The notes below the pieces were generated by a model. That model made no database searches and had not been told where the DNA came from. It saw nothing but the letters and a program-made list of their open reading frames with translations. Shown here one piece after another: positions 1 through 10,510 of a stretch of 64,000 nucleotides of DNA. Origin of the DNA: an uncultured Rickettsiales bacterium (lineage in GTDB: Bacteria; Myxococcota_A; UBA796; UBA9615; CAYRNR01); NCBI GenBank assembly GCA_964436045.1, contig CAYTBN010000022.1, positions 33,616 to 97,615 of the forward strand, in the 5' to 3' direction. The position numbers were made by a program, and so were the translations under genes. Position 1 is the stretch's first letter. Each line of letters starts with the position of its first letter.

Positions 1-11
1 GCTACCTTTCC

Positions 12-560
12 TCATTGACAGTACCCCAGGAGCCGCAGGAATCCACCGGTGGTGGCAGACGCCGCCGAACGCGTGCGGCTACCCGCCACGTCCAGCGCGT
101 TGGCATGGACATCCAGGAACACGTCTTTTTGTTCCATGCCCCCGCCGCCGTGGTTGATCCCCTCGGCCATCTCGAATCCGCGCGGCGATCCCCCGCACTC
201 GCCGTAGTAGAGGTCCACCGAGTACTCGCCCACCGAGTAGCCTCCGGTCTCCAGCGACGTGGCGACCGGGTCGGTGGTGTCGTCGATCAGCCGCATTCCG
301 TCCCCGTACACCGCCAGCTGGTTCAGCGCGTCGATGGTCTGGGGATTCATCGGCATGCCACGGGTCACCTGCCGCGCCTGGTCCAGTCCCGCGTTGGCGG
401 CGTTGTAGACCTGGTGATAGCGGCGGATGTTGTGGGTGATGGTCAGGTCGATGTCGCTGATCGACAGCGCGGCGAGCCCGAGCAACGTGAGCGCCACGAG
501 CGCGAGCATCGCCACGATCAGCGCGTATCCCCCCTGCTGGCTTGCGAGACGGTCCATCAA
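12..560 (-). CDS. pilX: Type IV minor pilin PilX-like
   Basis: Prepilin site QQGG|YALIVAML lacking Glu5, as in PilX/GspK; hydrophobic helix then AANAGL; follows pilW. Confidence 0.8.
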   Translation of the reverse strand: MMDRLASQQGGYALIVAMLALVALTLLGLAALSISDIDLTITHNIRRYHQVYNAANAGLDQARQVTRGMPMNPQTIDALNQLAVYGDGMRLIDDTTDPVATSLETGGYSVGEYSVDLYYGECGGSPRGFEMAEGINHGGGGMEQKDVFLDVHANALDVAGSRTRSAASATTGGFLRLLGYCQ

Positions 561-1672
561 TACTTGTCCCGGATCTGCAGCGCAGAGCGTGCGTTCTGGA
601 TGTTGATCACTTGGTGCGCGACGCGTCGGTGATAGGTGTCCTTGGTGGTGGTCCGCGTGTAGTTCGGATCGAGGATCACCGGGGTGGACGCGGGCAAACC
701 CTGTTCCTCCTGCCGCTCGGAGCGGGCGGTCATCCGGATCCGGACGCGGGAGAGATTGGCGAAGTTGTAGGGATCGGCGAGTTCGTGGTTCCCGACCCAG
801 CTCTGGGCGTCGCAGTCCTGGGTCAGCTCGCAGAAGCCGAACTGGAGATCCTCGATGCCGGCGGCGATGGGGATGTCGTTGCCGTCGTCCATATCGTCAT
901 CCGTGCTCATCATCAGGTAGGGCACGGTCGAGGTTCCCGGGCCGTTGCCGTCCCCGTCCCGGTCGATGTAGTAGCTGACCTGGACCAGCGGTCCGCAGAT
1001 CAACTCCTCGGGCAGCCCGCGTTCGCAGTAGTCCTCGTAGTCGGTCTGCGAGTTCTGGTCCACGGTCACGATGCCGGTGCTGGAGTCGCCGTCGCCTGAG
1101 ACAGACCACACGTAAGACACGCCGAGCCCCAGGTTGCCGGAGTGCGAGAAGCAGACGATCTGGTCCCACTGCTCGTCGTCCTCGCTGAAGTACCCGGCCA
1201 CGGCGACGGTGGCCGACGAGAATCGGAGCTGGGTGGTCTCGCAACGGTAGTCGGACGCGTAGCCTGCGCCCGCGGCAGACTGGTCGACGAACCCCCAGTG
1301 GGTTCGATCGGGATCGATGTAGGCCAGGGTGAGCGCATCACTGTAGCTGCCTGCGGGGATCTCGTTGAACTGCTCGATGGCGTCCAGGGCCGAGTTGGGT
1401 GTGGATGCCGGCAGGATCCCGTAGTACTGGCCTGCGACCCCGGCGCCGAACCCGATCAAGGAGATGTCCTTGCTCACGATCTCCATCGCGAGCCGCAGAC
1501 TCTGCTGGGTACGCCCGATGTCCGACTGCCGCCGGTAGAGCTGGTTCTGGGCCGTGAACGTCATCAGGATCACCAGGATCATCAGCGCCGTGACGACCAT
1601 GGCGATGACCAGCTCGATGAGGGTGAACCCCTTCGCGCTGGCGCCGGACCTTCGGTTTGTGCGTTGCGTCAT
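557..1672 (-). CDS. pilW: Type IV minor pilin PilW-like, Cys-rich
   Basis: AKG|FTLIELVIAM prepilin motif; QQSLRLAMEIVSKDI and IAAGIEDLQF motifs typical of PilW. Confidence 0.85.
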   Translation of the reverse strand: MTQRTNRRSGASAKGFTLIELVIAMVVTALMILVILMTFTAQNQLYRRQSDIGRTQQSLRLAMEIVSKDISLIGFGAGVAGQYYGILPASTPNSALDAIEQFNEIPAGSYSDALTLAYIDPDRTHWGFVDQSAAGAGYASDYRCETTQLRFSSATVAVAGYFSEDDEQWDQIVCFSHSGNLGLGVSYVWSVSGDGDSSTGIVTVDQNSQTDYEDYCERGLPEELICGPLVQVSYYIDRDGDGNGPGTSTVPYLMMSTDDDMDDGNDIPIAAGIEDLQFGFCELTQDCDAQSWVGNHELADPYNFANLSRVRIRMTARSERQEEQGLPASTPVILDPNYTRTTTKDTYHRRVAHQVINIQNARSALQIRDKY

Positions 1673-1688
1673 CTGACGTCGCCGCTCC

Positions 1689-2213
1689 TCACGGATACCG
1701 GTCGTAGGACCGGGTCGAGATCAAGGTCACACCGTGCTTCTTTCCGGTCTCTCCCATCTGGAACGAGACTCGGGCCCGGATGATCATCCGCCCGTAGTCA
1801 TCGTCGGCGATGTGCTCGATATCGTAGGTTCGTGTGTAGATCGCGGCACCTCCGCCCGAGCCCACCGCGCCCAGACAGCCGACCTTCACGCCGCTCCCGT
1901 CGAACGAATGCTCGTAGTCCGAGAGCGGATCGTCCGGATCCGAGGGGTGGGTCGTGGCCTCGAAGGTCTCTCCACTCGCCGTGTGCGGATTCTCCCGCGT
2001 GTACTCGGCGGCGTTGAGCTGGTCCATCATGTCCTGGGCCAGGAAGGTCGCCTCGCTCGTCCGGAAGGAGAGCTGGGTCGCAGTGATCGCAGCGTGGTGG
2101 AGCGCGTACAGAGAGAGCAGGCCCACGGAGAGGATGACCAGGGCGAAGACCGCCTCGATCAGGGTCACCCCTCGCTCCGCCGCCAATCCCCCGGAGAACG
2201 CACGCCGCCACAT
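1689..2213 (-). CDS. pilV: Type IV minor pilin PilV-like
   Basis: C-terminal part of ORF 1689..3458; AERG|VTLIEAVFALVILSVGLL; start uncertain (ATG 2213, 2243 or 2270). Confidence 0.8.
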   Translation of the reverse strand: MWRRAFSGGLAAERGVTLIEAVFALVILSVGLLSLYALHHAAITATQLSFRTSEATFLAQDMMDQLNAAEYTRENPHTASGETFEATTHPSDPDDPLSDYEHSFDGSGVKVGCLGAVGSGGGAAIYTRTYDIEHIADDDYGRMIIRARVSFQMGETGKKHGVTLISTRSYDRYP

Positions 2214-2275
2214 CTTCCCGCCGCCGGTCGCGTCGCCCCGCATCGTCCTGTCAACCTCAGCGTTCACCATCGACC

Positions 2276-2905
2276 TCAATCTGGCATCACCAGCAGGGTG
2301 TTTCCACCACGATCCACCAGTATCGCACGCCTCTCCGCTCGCGGGTTGGTCGCCCGGTTCCGCAGCACGATGCGCACGTATTCGTCCTGAAAATCCGCCG
2401 AAGCGTTGGTGACGTGCCCGTGGGCCCCGAACACCAGCGAATCGGGCAGCTCCGAGTAGGTGGGCCCCTCGAGCTCCGACCACTCCTCGATGCTGATCCC
2501 CGGCAGGTCGCCGGGTCCGCTGTGCAGGTCGATCACGCCACTGGCGTTGAGCGTACCGAAGCCCGCCGTCACCCAGTTCTGCGATCCCCGCGGCCGGTCC
2601 CCCTTGAGCAACCGGTACTTGCCGACGTTGTCCTTCCACGACCCCACGTCCGCGGCCTCGTCCTGCTCGAGGAACTGGATCGCGTATTCCGTGTTGTCCG
2701 CGATGGCCATGGTACGCGCGAGCATCAGGTGCTCTTCCAGTCGATGGGCGGCGTGGTTGAGCCGGTACCGACCGCTGAAGGCCCCGATGTTGGGGATGGC
2801 GATGGCGAGGATGATCGCAACGACGGCCAACGTGATCGCCAGCTCGATCAGGGTGAATCCCCGCCGCGCCGTCCGATCTGTACTTCTGAGTCCGCGCACA
2901 CACAT
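2276..2905 (-). CDS. fimT: FimT/FimU/GspH-family minor pilin
   Basis: RRG|FTLIELAITLAVVAIILAIAIP; LMLARTMAI motif; start moved to ATG 2905 because a promoter lies just upstream. Confidence 0.8.
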   Translation of the reverse strand: MCVRGLRSTDRTARRGFTLIELAITLAVVAIILAIAIPNIGAFSGRYRLNHAAHRLEEHLMLARTMAIADNTEYAIQFLEQDEAADVGSWKDNVGKYRLLKGDRPRGSQNWVTAGFGTLNASGVIDLHSGPGDLPGISIEEWSELEGPTYSELPDSLVFGAHGHVTNASADFQDEYVRIVLRNRATNPRAERRAILVDRGGNTLLVMPD

Positions 2906-2921
2906 GTGGTACGACTTTATT

Positions 2922-2937
2922 TGCAAGATACGTGCCC
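2922..2937 (-). promoter_or_regulatory. Sigma54 (-24/-12) promoter of the minor pilin operon
   Basis: Minus strand GGGCACGTATCTTGCA matches TGGCACG-N4-TTGCW with GG-N10-GC spacing, in an AT-rich intergenic region. Confidence 0.8.
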
Positions 2938-3058
2938 GCGAAAAACCCCAGATTCCCGACTGGGATTGCCGTGGCCACAGGGAGTTCGCCCGGGCCACTA
3001 TGAAAAAAAGTCAAGGTTCTGCGCAGGAAGTAGGGAGCCGGCGGTTGCCACGGCGTCG

Positions 3059-3912
3059 TCAGCGCTCGGCGGCGGCGCAACGCTCTTCCACCTCTCCGCG
3101 GAGATCCTCCAGCCGTCGGCGGTCCACCGCCGCGATCCGTTCCTCGAGACCGGCCGCCAGTGCGTCGTCCAGGTGACCCTGAGCCGCGGACAGCTGTCCG
3201 CGGATCCCCGCGCAATCGCCCCCCTGCCCGCCGGCCGCCTCGAGGGCGCCCTCGGCCTCGAGCAGCGTGATCCGGAAGCGCAGCTCGTCGATGGCGCCGG
3301 CGAAGCGGGCCTCCATCAACTCCAGTTCGGACGCCTGGTCGACCGCGGCTGCCGCGCAGGCCAGGTCGCCCAGGGTCACGCAGGCTTCGGCCTTGCTCAG
3401 CGAGAACTCGGCCCGTCGCGGAGCCAGCGAGATGGCCCGGTCGAAGAGCGCGACGCATGGGTCGGCGTATCCCGCGTCCGCGTACAGGCCGGCCAGGTCT
3501 GCGAGGATCCCGGGGTCATCCGGCGCGAGCGTGTAGGCGACGCGCAGCTTCTCCTCGGCCGCCTGGGTCTCCCCCCGCGCCGCCTCCAGCGCTGCCAGCC
3601 CGCGGTAGCCACCGTGGTAGTCGGGATCGAATTCGACGGCGCGGGTGAACCGTTCCCGGGCCGGCTCGGCCAACCCGGCGCGCCAGTAGGCCCAGCCGAG
3701 GCCGAACAGCGCGGGTCCGTGGTCCACGTCGATGGTCAGCGCCCGCTGATAGTCGAGCTCGGCCTCGACGAGGCGACCCGCCCGCAGGTGGCGATCGGCG
3801 AGGAGGGTCCACAGGGTGGGGTCGAGCTTGAACGCAAGCAGCGCGGTGCCGCCCAGCACGACGAGGACTGCCCAGAGAGGCGCCAGGTGCCGCGCCCTCC
3901 GCGGATCCCCGT

Positions 3913-3916
<4 letters not shown>
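3059..3916 (-). CDS. TPR protein with N-terminal TM/signal segment
   Basis: Repeated TPR-like helices (YQRALTIDVDH, FTRAVEFDPDY, AYTLAPDD); overlaps the regulator's stop codon. Confidence 0.75.
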
Positions 3917-5316
<1,400 letters not shown>

Positions 5317-5416
5317 CGTTCCTCGCGGGGCGGACAACGCCCGCCCGGTGATTGCATCACCGTAGATGATAGCGGTGCCGAGCGTGGCGTCTAGAATATG
5401 GCGGCGGAGGATTCCG

Positions 5417-6775
5417 GTGAAAGTGCTGCTGGTCGTTCACGATTTCCTGCCCGCGAGCGTCGCGGGGGTGGAGGTGTTCGTCCACGATCTAGCCCGCGGG
5501 CTCGCTGCGGCCGGCGACGACGCCGTGGTCGCCCACACCGTCCGCGGCGCCGGTCTGGCGCAACATGCCCTGCAGCCCGGGCGTGTGGGCGAGATCCGCA
5601 CCTGGCAGCTGGTCCAGAACTACCCGTACCGGCCGCTGGTGGAGAGCGTCGAGGATCCCCAGGCCGAGCGCCGCTTCGACGAACTGCTGGAGCGCGAGCA
5701 ACCGGACCTGGTCCATCTCCACCACCTCTGGGGTTGGTCCGCGGGCCTTCCGCAGCGGGCGCGCCGCGCGAGTGTGCCGGCCCTGTTGCACCTGCATGAC
5801 CACTGGCTAACCTGCCCGTCCGGCGGGCAGCTGTTCCACCCCGACGGCCATGTCTGCGAGACCCCGGACCGGGCCCGTTGCGACGACTGCTACGCCCGCT
5901 TCCGTTCCCGGGAGGGGCGGTTGGAGCGCCTGGCGATGCGGGCCGCGCGCCACCTCCCGCGCCCCCTCCCCCCGGACCTGCTGCACCGCGGCTTCGCCGG
6001 GCTTCCGGGAGGAGCCCGCGGGCTGCTCAAGAAGATCAACGAGCGGCCCGCGGGCTCTGCACCGGCCGCCGTCGAAGGCGAGGCCCATCGTCGATGGGAG
6101 ATCCTGCGGAACGCGCTGGATCGGGTCGACGGGTTCGTGTCCCCCTCACGCGACCTGGCCCGGCGGATGGCCCAGCTGGGGATCGCCCGATCGCGGATCG
6201 CGGTGATCCCGAACGGCACGGCCATCGAGGCGGCGGCGGCGACTCCCCCCGGAGCGGCGGACCCGGAACGGCCCCTGGCGCTGCTGTTCCTCGGCACGCC
6301 GGTTCCCCACAAGGGCGCGCACGTCGTGGCCGAGGCGGTGGCCGGGCTGGAGGGCGCTGCGCGGTTGACCATCCACGGCCACGATCCGGCCGCGTCCTAC
6401 GCCCGGCGCCTCGCCCTACCCCACGTCGAGCTGGCCGGTCCCCTGCCACGGGAGTCCGTGGCCGCGGCCATCGATGGGTCCGATCTGCTCTGCCTGCCCT
6501 CCCTCTGGCCGGAGAACGCACCGCTGGTCCTGCTGGAGGCGCGGGCGCGGGGCCGCGCTGTGCTGGCGTCGGATCTGGGCGGAGTCGCCGAGAGCGCCTG
6601 CGGACGGTTGCTGGCGGCGGGGGACGTGGGGAGCTGGCGGGGGGCCATCGAACAGCTGGCACGGGATCGGGGAGCGCTGGCTCGGCTGACGGACCAGGTC
6701 CGCCCGCCCCGATCGCTGGCCGAAGTGGTGGAGGATCACCGGGAGCTGTACCGCGCGACGCTGGAGCGATCGTGA
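5417..6775 (+). CDS. GT4 family glycosyltransferase
   Basis: GTG start after GGAGG; HDHWLTCP...C...CDDC; HKG; PSLWPENAPLVLLEA. Confidence 0.9.
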   Translation: MKVLLVVHDFLPASVAGVEVFVHDLARGLAAAGDDAVVAHTVRGAGLAQHALQPGRVGEIRTWQLVQNYPYRPLVESVEDPQAERRFDELLEREQPDLVHLHHLWGWSAGLPQRARRASVPALLHLHDHWLTCPSGGQLFHPDGHVCETPDRARCDDCYARFRSREGRLERLAMRAARHLPRPLPPDLLHRGFAGLPGGARGLLKKINERPAGSAPAAVEGEAHRRWEILRNALDRVDGFVSPSRDLARRMAQLGIARSRIAVIPNGTAIEAAAATPPGAADPERPLALLFLGTPVPHKGAHVVAEAVAGLEGAARLTIHGHDPAASYARRLALPHVELAGPLPRESVAAAIDGSDLLCLPSLWPENAPLVLLEARARGRAVLASDLGGVAESACGRLLAAGDVGSWRGAIEQLARDRGALARLTDQVRPPRSLAEVVEDHRELYRATLERS

Positions 6776-7728
6776 TCGAGCCCATCCGCGACACCGGCAC
6801 CGGCGGTCAGGCACCCCGGATCTCCGTGGTGTTGCCGGTCCTCGACGGGGGCGAACCGCTGGCGCGCCTGCTGACCGCCCTGAGCGGGCAGCGGGTGGAC
6901 GGCGGCTTCGAACTGATCGCCGTCGACTCGGGATCGCGGGACGGCTCGCTGGAACGGCTGTTGGCCTCCCCGGCCCGGGTGTTCGGCGTCCCGCGGCGAC
7001 AGTTCGGCCACGGCCGGACCCGCAACGCGGCCCTCTCGTTGGCCCGGGCCGAGCGGGTCGTGCTGATGGTGCAGGACGCCCGCCCGACCGACCCCGGGTT
7101 CCTGGCGGAGCTGGCCGCGCCCCTGGAGGACGATCGCTCCCTCGCCGGGTCCTACGCTCGACAGCTCGCCCCCGCCGATCTGGATCCCCTGCAGGCGGCC
7201 GCCATCGTCCGATGGACACCCGGGGGTGCCGACCGACGGCAGCGGGCATTCGAGCCCGGCGAGTTCGAGAGCCTGGCTCCGGCGGCGCGGGCGGCGCGCT
7301 GCCGCTTCGACAACGTGGCCTCCTGCATCCAGGCGGCGACGTGGCGACGGCTCCCCTTTCCGGACGTGCCTTTCGGCGAGGACGCCGCCTGGGCCCGCCG
7401 GGTCCTCGAGGCGGGGCACGATCTGCTCTACCGGGCGTCGGTGCCGGTGATCCATGGTCACTCGACGAGCGCGCTGGGCTCCTTCCTCCGCGACCGGGCT
7501 GCCCACGAGATGCTGGCCCGGGAGTTCGGCCTCCGTTCGGTGCCCGATCTGACCACCGCCCTCCACGGTTGGCTGGCGGGCTGGCCGGGGGACCTGCGCG
7601 AGCTGCGGGCCGAGGGGATCGGTGGGACGGAATTGGTGCGTTGTCTGGGCCGGGGCGCCCTGCGGCGGGCGGGTGCCATCGCTGGACAGCACGCCGGAGG
7701 TCGCCGAGGACAACGCATTTTTTTGTGA
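6772..7728 (+). CDS. GT2 family glycosyltransferase (rhamnosyltransferase-like)
   Basis: C-terminal part of ORF 5878..7728; ISVVLPV, VDSGSRDGS, FGHGRTRN, VQDA, FGED; GTGA overlap with the GT4 gene. Confidence 0.9.
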   Translation: MIEPIRDTGTGGQAPRISVVLPVLDGGEPLARLLTALSGQRVDGGFELIAVDSGSRDGSLERLLASPARVFGVPRRQFGHGRTRNAALSLARAERVVLMVQDARPTDPGFLAELAAPLEDDRSLAGSYARQLAPADLDPLQAAAIVRWTPGGADRRQRAFEPGEFESLAPAARAARCRFDNVASCIQAATWRRLPFPDVPFGEDAAWARRVLEAGHDLLYRASVPVIHGHSTSALGSFLRDRAAHEMLAREFGLRSVPDLTTALHGWLAGWPGDLRELRAEGIGGTELVRCLGRGALRRAGAIAGQHAGGRRGQRIFL

Positions 7729-7833
7729 CAGCCTCCTGGGCGATCCAACCCCACCCCACATGCGCCGCGACGGAAAGCCCCTGGAACATCGGCGGGAACA
7801 TCGGCGACGACCGTCCGCCGGAGAACGCGATCG

Positions 7834-8931
7834 TCAACGGTCCACGTTCAGCCCGAGGGCCTCGTCCAGGTACCGCCCGACGGCGGCGTGCGCTGCCGGA
7901 CTGGGATGGGTCTCCGCCGGGAGGACGTGCAGCCGCCGGAGCGGGACGTCCTGCAGCGCCGGAGTGACGTCGATCACCTCCAGCCCCCGATCCATCGCGG
8001 CCAGGCGAGCCACGTCCAGTACGTCCGCCAGCGGATCCTGGTGGACCGTGTCCATCAGCGGAAAGAGGACCACGACGCCCCGGGTCCCGGAACTCTCACA
8101 GTAGTCGGCCAGGCGGTCGAAATACTCGTTCAACAGCCTCGCACCGCGCTCGTCGGCGAAGCGGGCGCGGAGCTGGTCCCGGTGATCGCGGTGCCCCTCC
8201 AGGACGAGCCGGGCCAGTTGATGGCGGTCGCGCCAGCGCGCGATCAGGTTGATCAGGTGGCTGCGGGCGCGGAGGCCGGCCTCGCGCCGGGTCCAGGGAG
8301 GGGCGTCCAGCGGCAGGCTCTTGTGCTCGTCGAAATCCCCGCCGAGGAAGGGGGTCGGACCGTCGAGGTCGTTGACGTAGAACCCGAGCAGCAGGACATC
8401 CGGATCGATGGCGCCGGCCCGCGATTCGATCCAGCGGACCTCCTGGGCCAGGTTCCAGGCGGGCACCCCCGCGTTGAGGACCCGCGCCGCGCCCCGCCGC
8501 CGCAGCCGGCGTTCCAGCTCGGCAAGGTAGGTCTCGTCGTCGGCCACACCCGCCCCGAAGGTCAACGAATCCCCCACCCCGAGGACCACGGTCGCGCCCG
8601 CCTCGGGGGGCTCGTCCGCCAGCCCCCGCCCCCGGAGTCCCTCGGACGACACCGTCACCGGTGCGCGGTGCACCACGGCCCCATCCGCGGCCCGATGGTA
8701 GACCTCTTCGCCCCGGTATCCCGGCTCGAGGGTGTAGCCGATCTCCCAGTCGGGGTCACCGAAGAAGGGGCTCGTGGGTTCCCAGCGCACGAACAGGTCG
8801 TCGCCGCTCAGGGGATCGCCGAGCCCCGCGATCCGCAGGCTCAGCTCGGCGACGAACAGGGCCACCAGGCCGGCGGCGAAGGACAACGCCAGCCGTCGAA
8901 CGGGTGGTGGGCGAGCGGCGGGCGCGGCCAT
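7834..8931 (-). CDS. SGNH/GDSL hydrolase family protein, membrane-anchored
   Basis: N-terminal TM with AELSLR; GDSLTFG, NAGV, YVND, THPS blocks. Confidence 0.85.
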   Translation of the reverse strand: MAAPAARPPPVRRLALSFAAGLVALFVAELSLRIAGLGDPLSGDDLFVRWEPTSPFFGDPDWEIGYTLEPGYRGEEVYHRAADGAVVHRAPVTVSSEGLRGRGLADEPPEAGATVVLGVGDSLTFGAGVADDETYLAELERRLRRRGAARVLNAGVPAWNLAQEVRWIESRAGAIDPDVLLLGFYVNDLDGPTPFLGGDFDEHKSLPLDAPPWTRREAGLRARSHLINLIARWRDRHQLARLVLEGHRDHRDQLRARFADERGARLLNEYFDRLADYCESSGTRGVVVLFPLMDTVHQDPLADVLDVARLAAMDRGLEVIDVTPALQDVPLRRLHVLPAETHPSPAAHAAVGRYLDEALGLNVDR

Positions 8932-9019
8932 CTGGGAACCCCTCGAGAAAGGTGACCAGTAAACCACGCCGCGTGACACGGAGACAGGGTTGGCGGCATC
9001 ATGCGACGCTGAGGTGTCC

Positions 9020-10456
9020 ATGCAGCGACCGGTCCCCCTCTCCTTCCGTCCACCCTGGAACGGCGGGGTCCCGATCCTCCGGGCCGTGCTCTGGCTCGTC
9101 GGAGCGGGCTGCCCGACTGCCGACGACGACGACGACGACGACACCACCGGGGACCTCGCGGCCGCGGTCGAGGACAACCCGCGCAGCCCGCTGTCGTGCT
9201 ACGTGACCTGGTCGACCGAGGATCCGGCCACCTCGGCGGTCGAGTTCGGTCCCGACGGCGCCCTGCAGCACCGGATCGGGAGCGACGAGCTGACGGAGGA
9301 ACACCGGGTCGTGGTCGTTGGCATGCGGGCAGAGACCGTGTACCAGCTGGTCGCCGTCTCCGAGACCGCTGACGGCAGACAGCTGCGCTCGCCGGTCCTC
9401 TCACACGAGACGGGCCCACTGCCCTTCGACGGCCTGACCCTCGACGTCACCGTCCCGGACCTGGGACTCGCCCAGCCCGGCTGGGTGCTGGCCGACCTGG
9501 TGCTGGAGGAGGACACGGATACGGCCTACATCGTGATGTTCGACCTGGACGGCCACACCGTCTGGGTCCACGACGACCTCGGCGGCAGCCTGCTCGGCGG
9601 CCGTGACGCCACCCTGGTGGACGACGGGGCGGCGGTGCTCGTGGGTGGGTTTGTGGTCGAGGGGGAGACACCGGTCGAGATCGGTCTGGACAACCAGGTG
9701 CTGTGGGAGGGACCCGAGCAACCGGCCATCGGGCTGGACTGTGAGATGCATCACCTGCTGCGCAAGCAGGCGGGCGGGAACTACCTGACCCTGATGCACG
9801 ACTACTCGGACGGCTCCATGGGCGACCGGATCGTCGAATTCGATCCCGTACTGGACAGCGTCTGGGAGTGGAACACGGTCGAGCTCTGCGAACAGATCTG
9901 CACGGGCAATCCGCTGTGGGGGAACTGGGCCCAGCTCGATCCGGCGGAGAACGTTGCCTACTACAACAGCTGGCTCTATTCGACGCTCGTCAAGGTCGAT
10001 CGGGCCACGGGGGAGATGCTGTGGATGTTCGGCCAGCACCGCGACTTCACCTCCACGGGCGAGGATGTGTGGTACCGCCAGGGCCATTCTCCGACCCGGC
10101 TGCCGGACGGCAACCTGCTGGTCTTCGACAACGGAGGGCCGGAGCGGGAGCACAGCCGGGTGATCGAGTACACCCTGGACGAGACCGCGATGACCGCGGA
10201 GATCGTCTGGGAGTACCCCGGCGACCTCGAGGATCCGTGGAAGAACGACAACGGCGGCTCCGCCACCCGGCTCGACAACGGCAACACCTTCGTCGTGACC
10301 GGGACCATCTTTCCGGAGCTCGTCCCCACCCGGCTGTTCGAGGTCACCCCCGACCTCACCAAGGCCTGGGAGGTGGTGTTCGTGCCCGCCGTGCCCGGGC
10401 ATATCGCGGCGTGCAGCAACGCCAAGCGTATCCCGGCGCTCGCCACCGACCTCTGA
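9020..10456 (+). CDS. Arylsulfate sulfotransferase (ASST)-like beta-propeller, probable lipoprotein
   Basis: GAGC followed by poly-Asp; Fn3-like N-domain; MHH, VWEW, KVDRATGE, QGH, LLVFDNG, RLDNGNT motifs. Confidence 0.75.
   Translation: MQRPVPLSFRPPWNGGVPILRAVLWLVGAGCPTADDDDDDDTTGDLAAAVEDNPRSPLSCYVTWSTEDPATSAVEFGPDGALQHRIGSDELTEEHRVVVVGMRAETVYQLVAVSETADGRQLRSPVLSHETGPLPFDGLTLDVTVPDLGLAQPGWVLADLVLEEDTDTAYIVMFDLDGHTVWVHDDLGGSLLGGRDATLVDDGAAVLVGGFVVEGETPVEIGLDNQVLWEGPEQPAIGLDCEMHHLLRKQAGGNYLTLMHDYSDGSMGDRIVEFDPVLDSVWEWNTVELCEQICTGNPLWGNWAQLDPAENVAYYNSWLYSTLVKVDRATGEMLWMFGQHRDFTSTGEDVWYRQGHSPTRLPDGNLLVFDNGGPEREHSRVIEYTLDETAMTAEIVWEYPGDLEDPWKNDNGGSATRLDNGNTFVVTGTIFPELVPTRLFEVTPDLTKAWEVVFVPAVPGHIAACSNAKRIPALATDL
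9122..9142 (+). repeat. (GAC)7 trinucleotide repeat encoding a poly-Asp tract
   Basis: gacgacgacgacgacgacgac, four codons after the putative lipobox Cys. Confidence 0.85.
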
Positions 10457-10510
10457 CTCGGCTTCCACCACCTGCAAATCCCGGTTCCCTCCCCCGTCGG
10501 GTCTGCGAGA

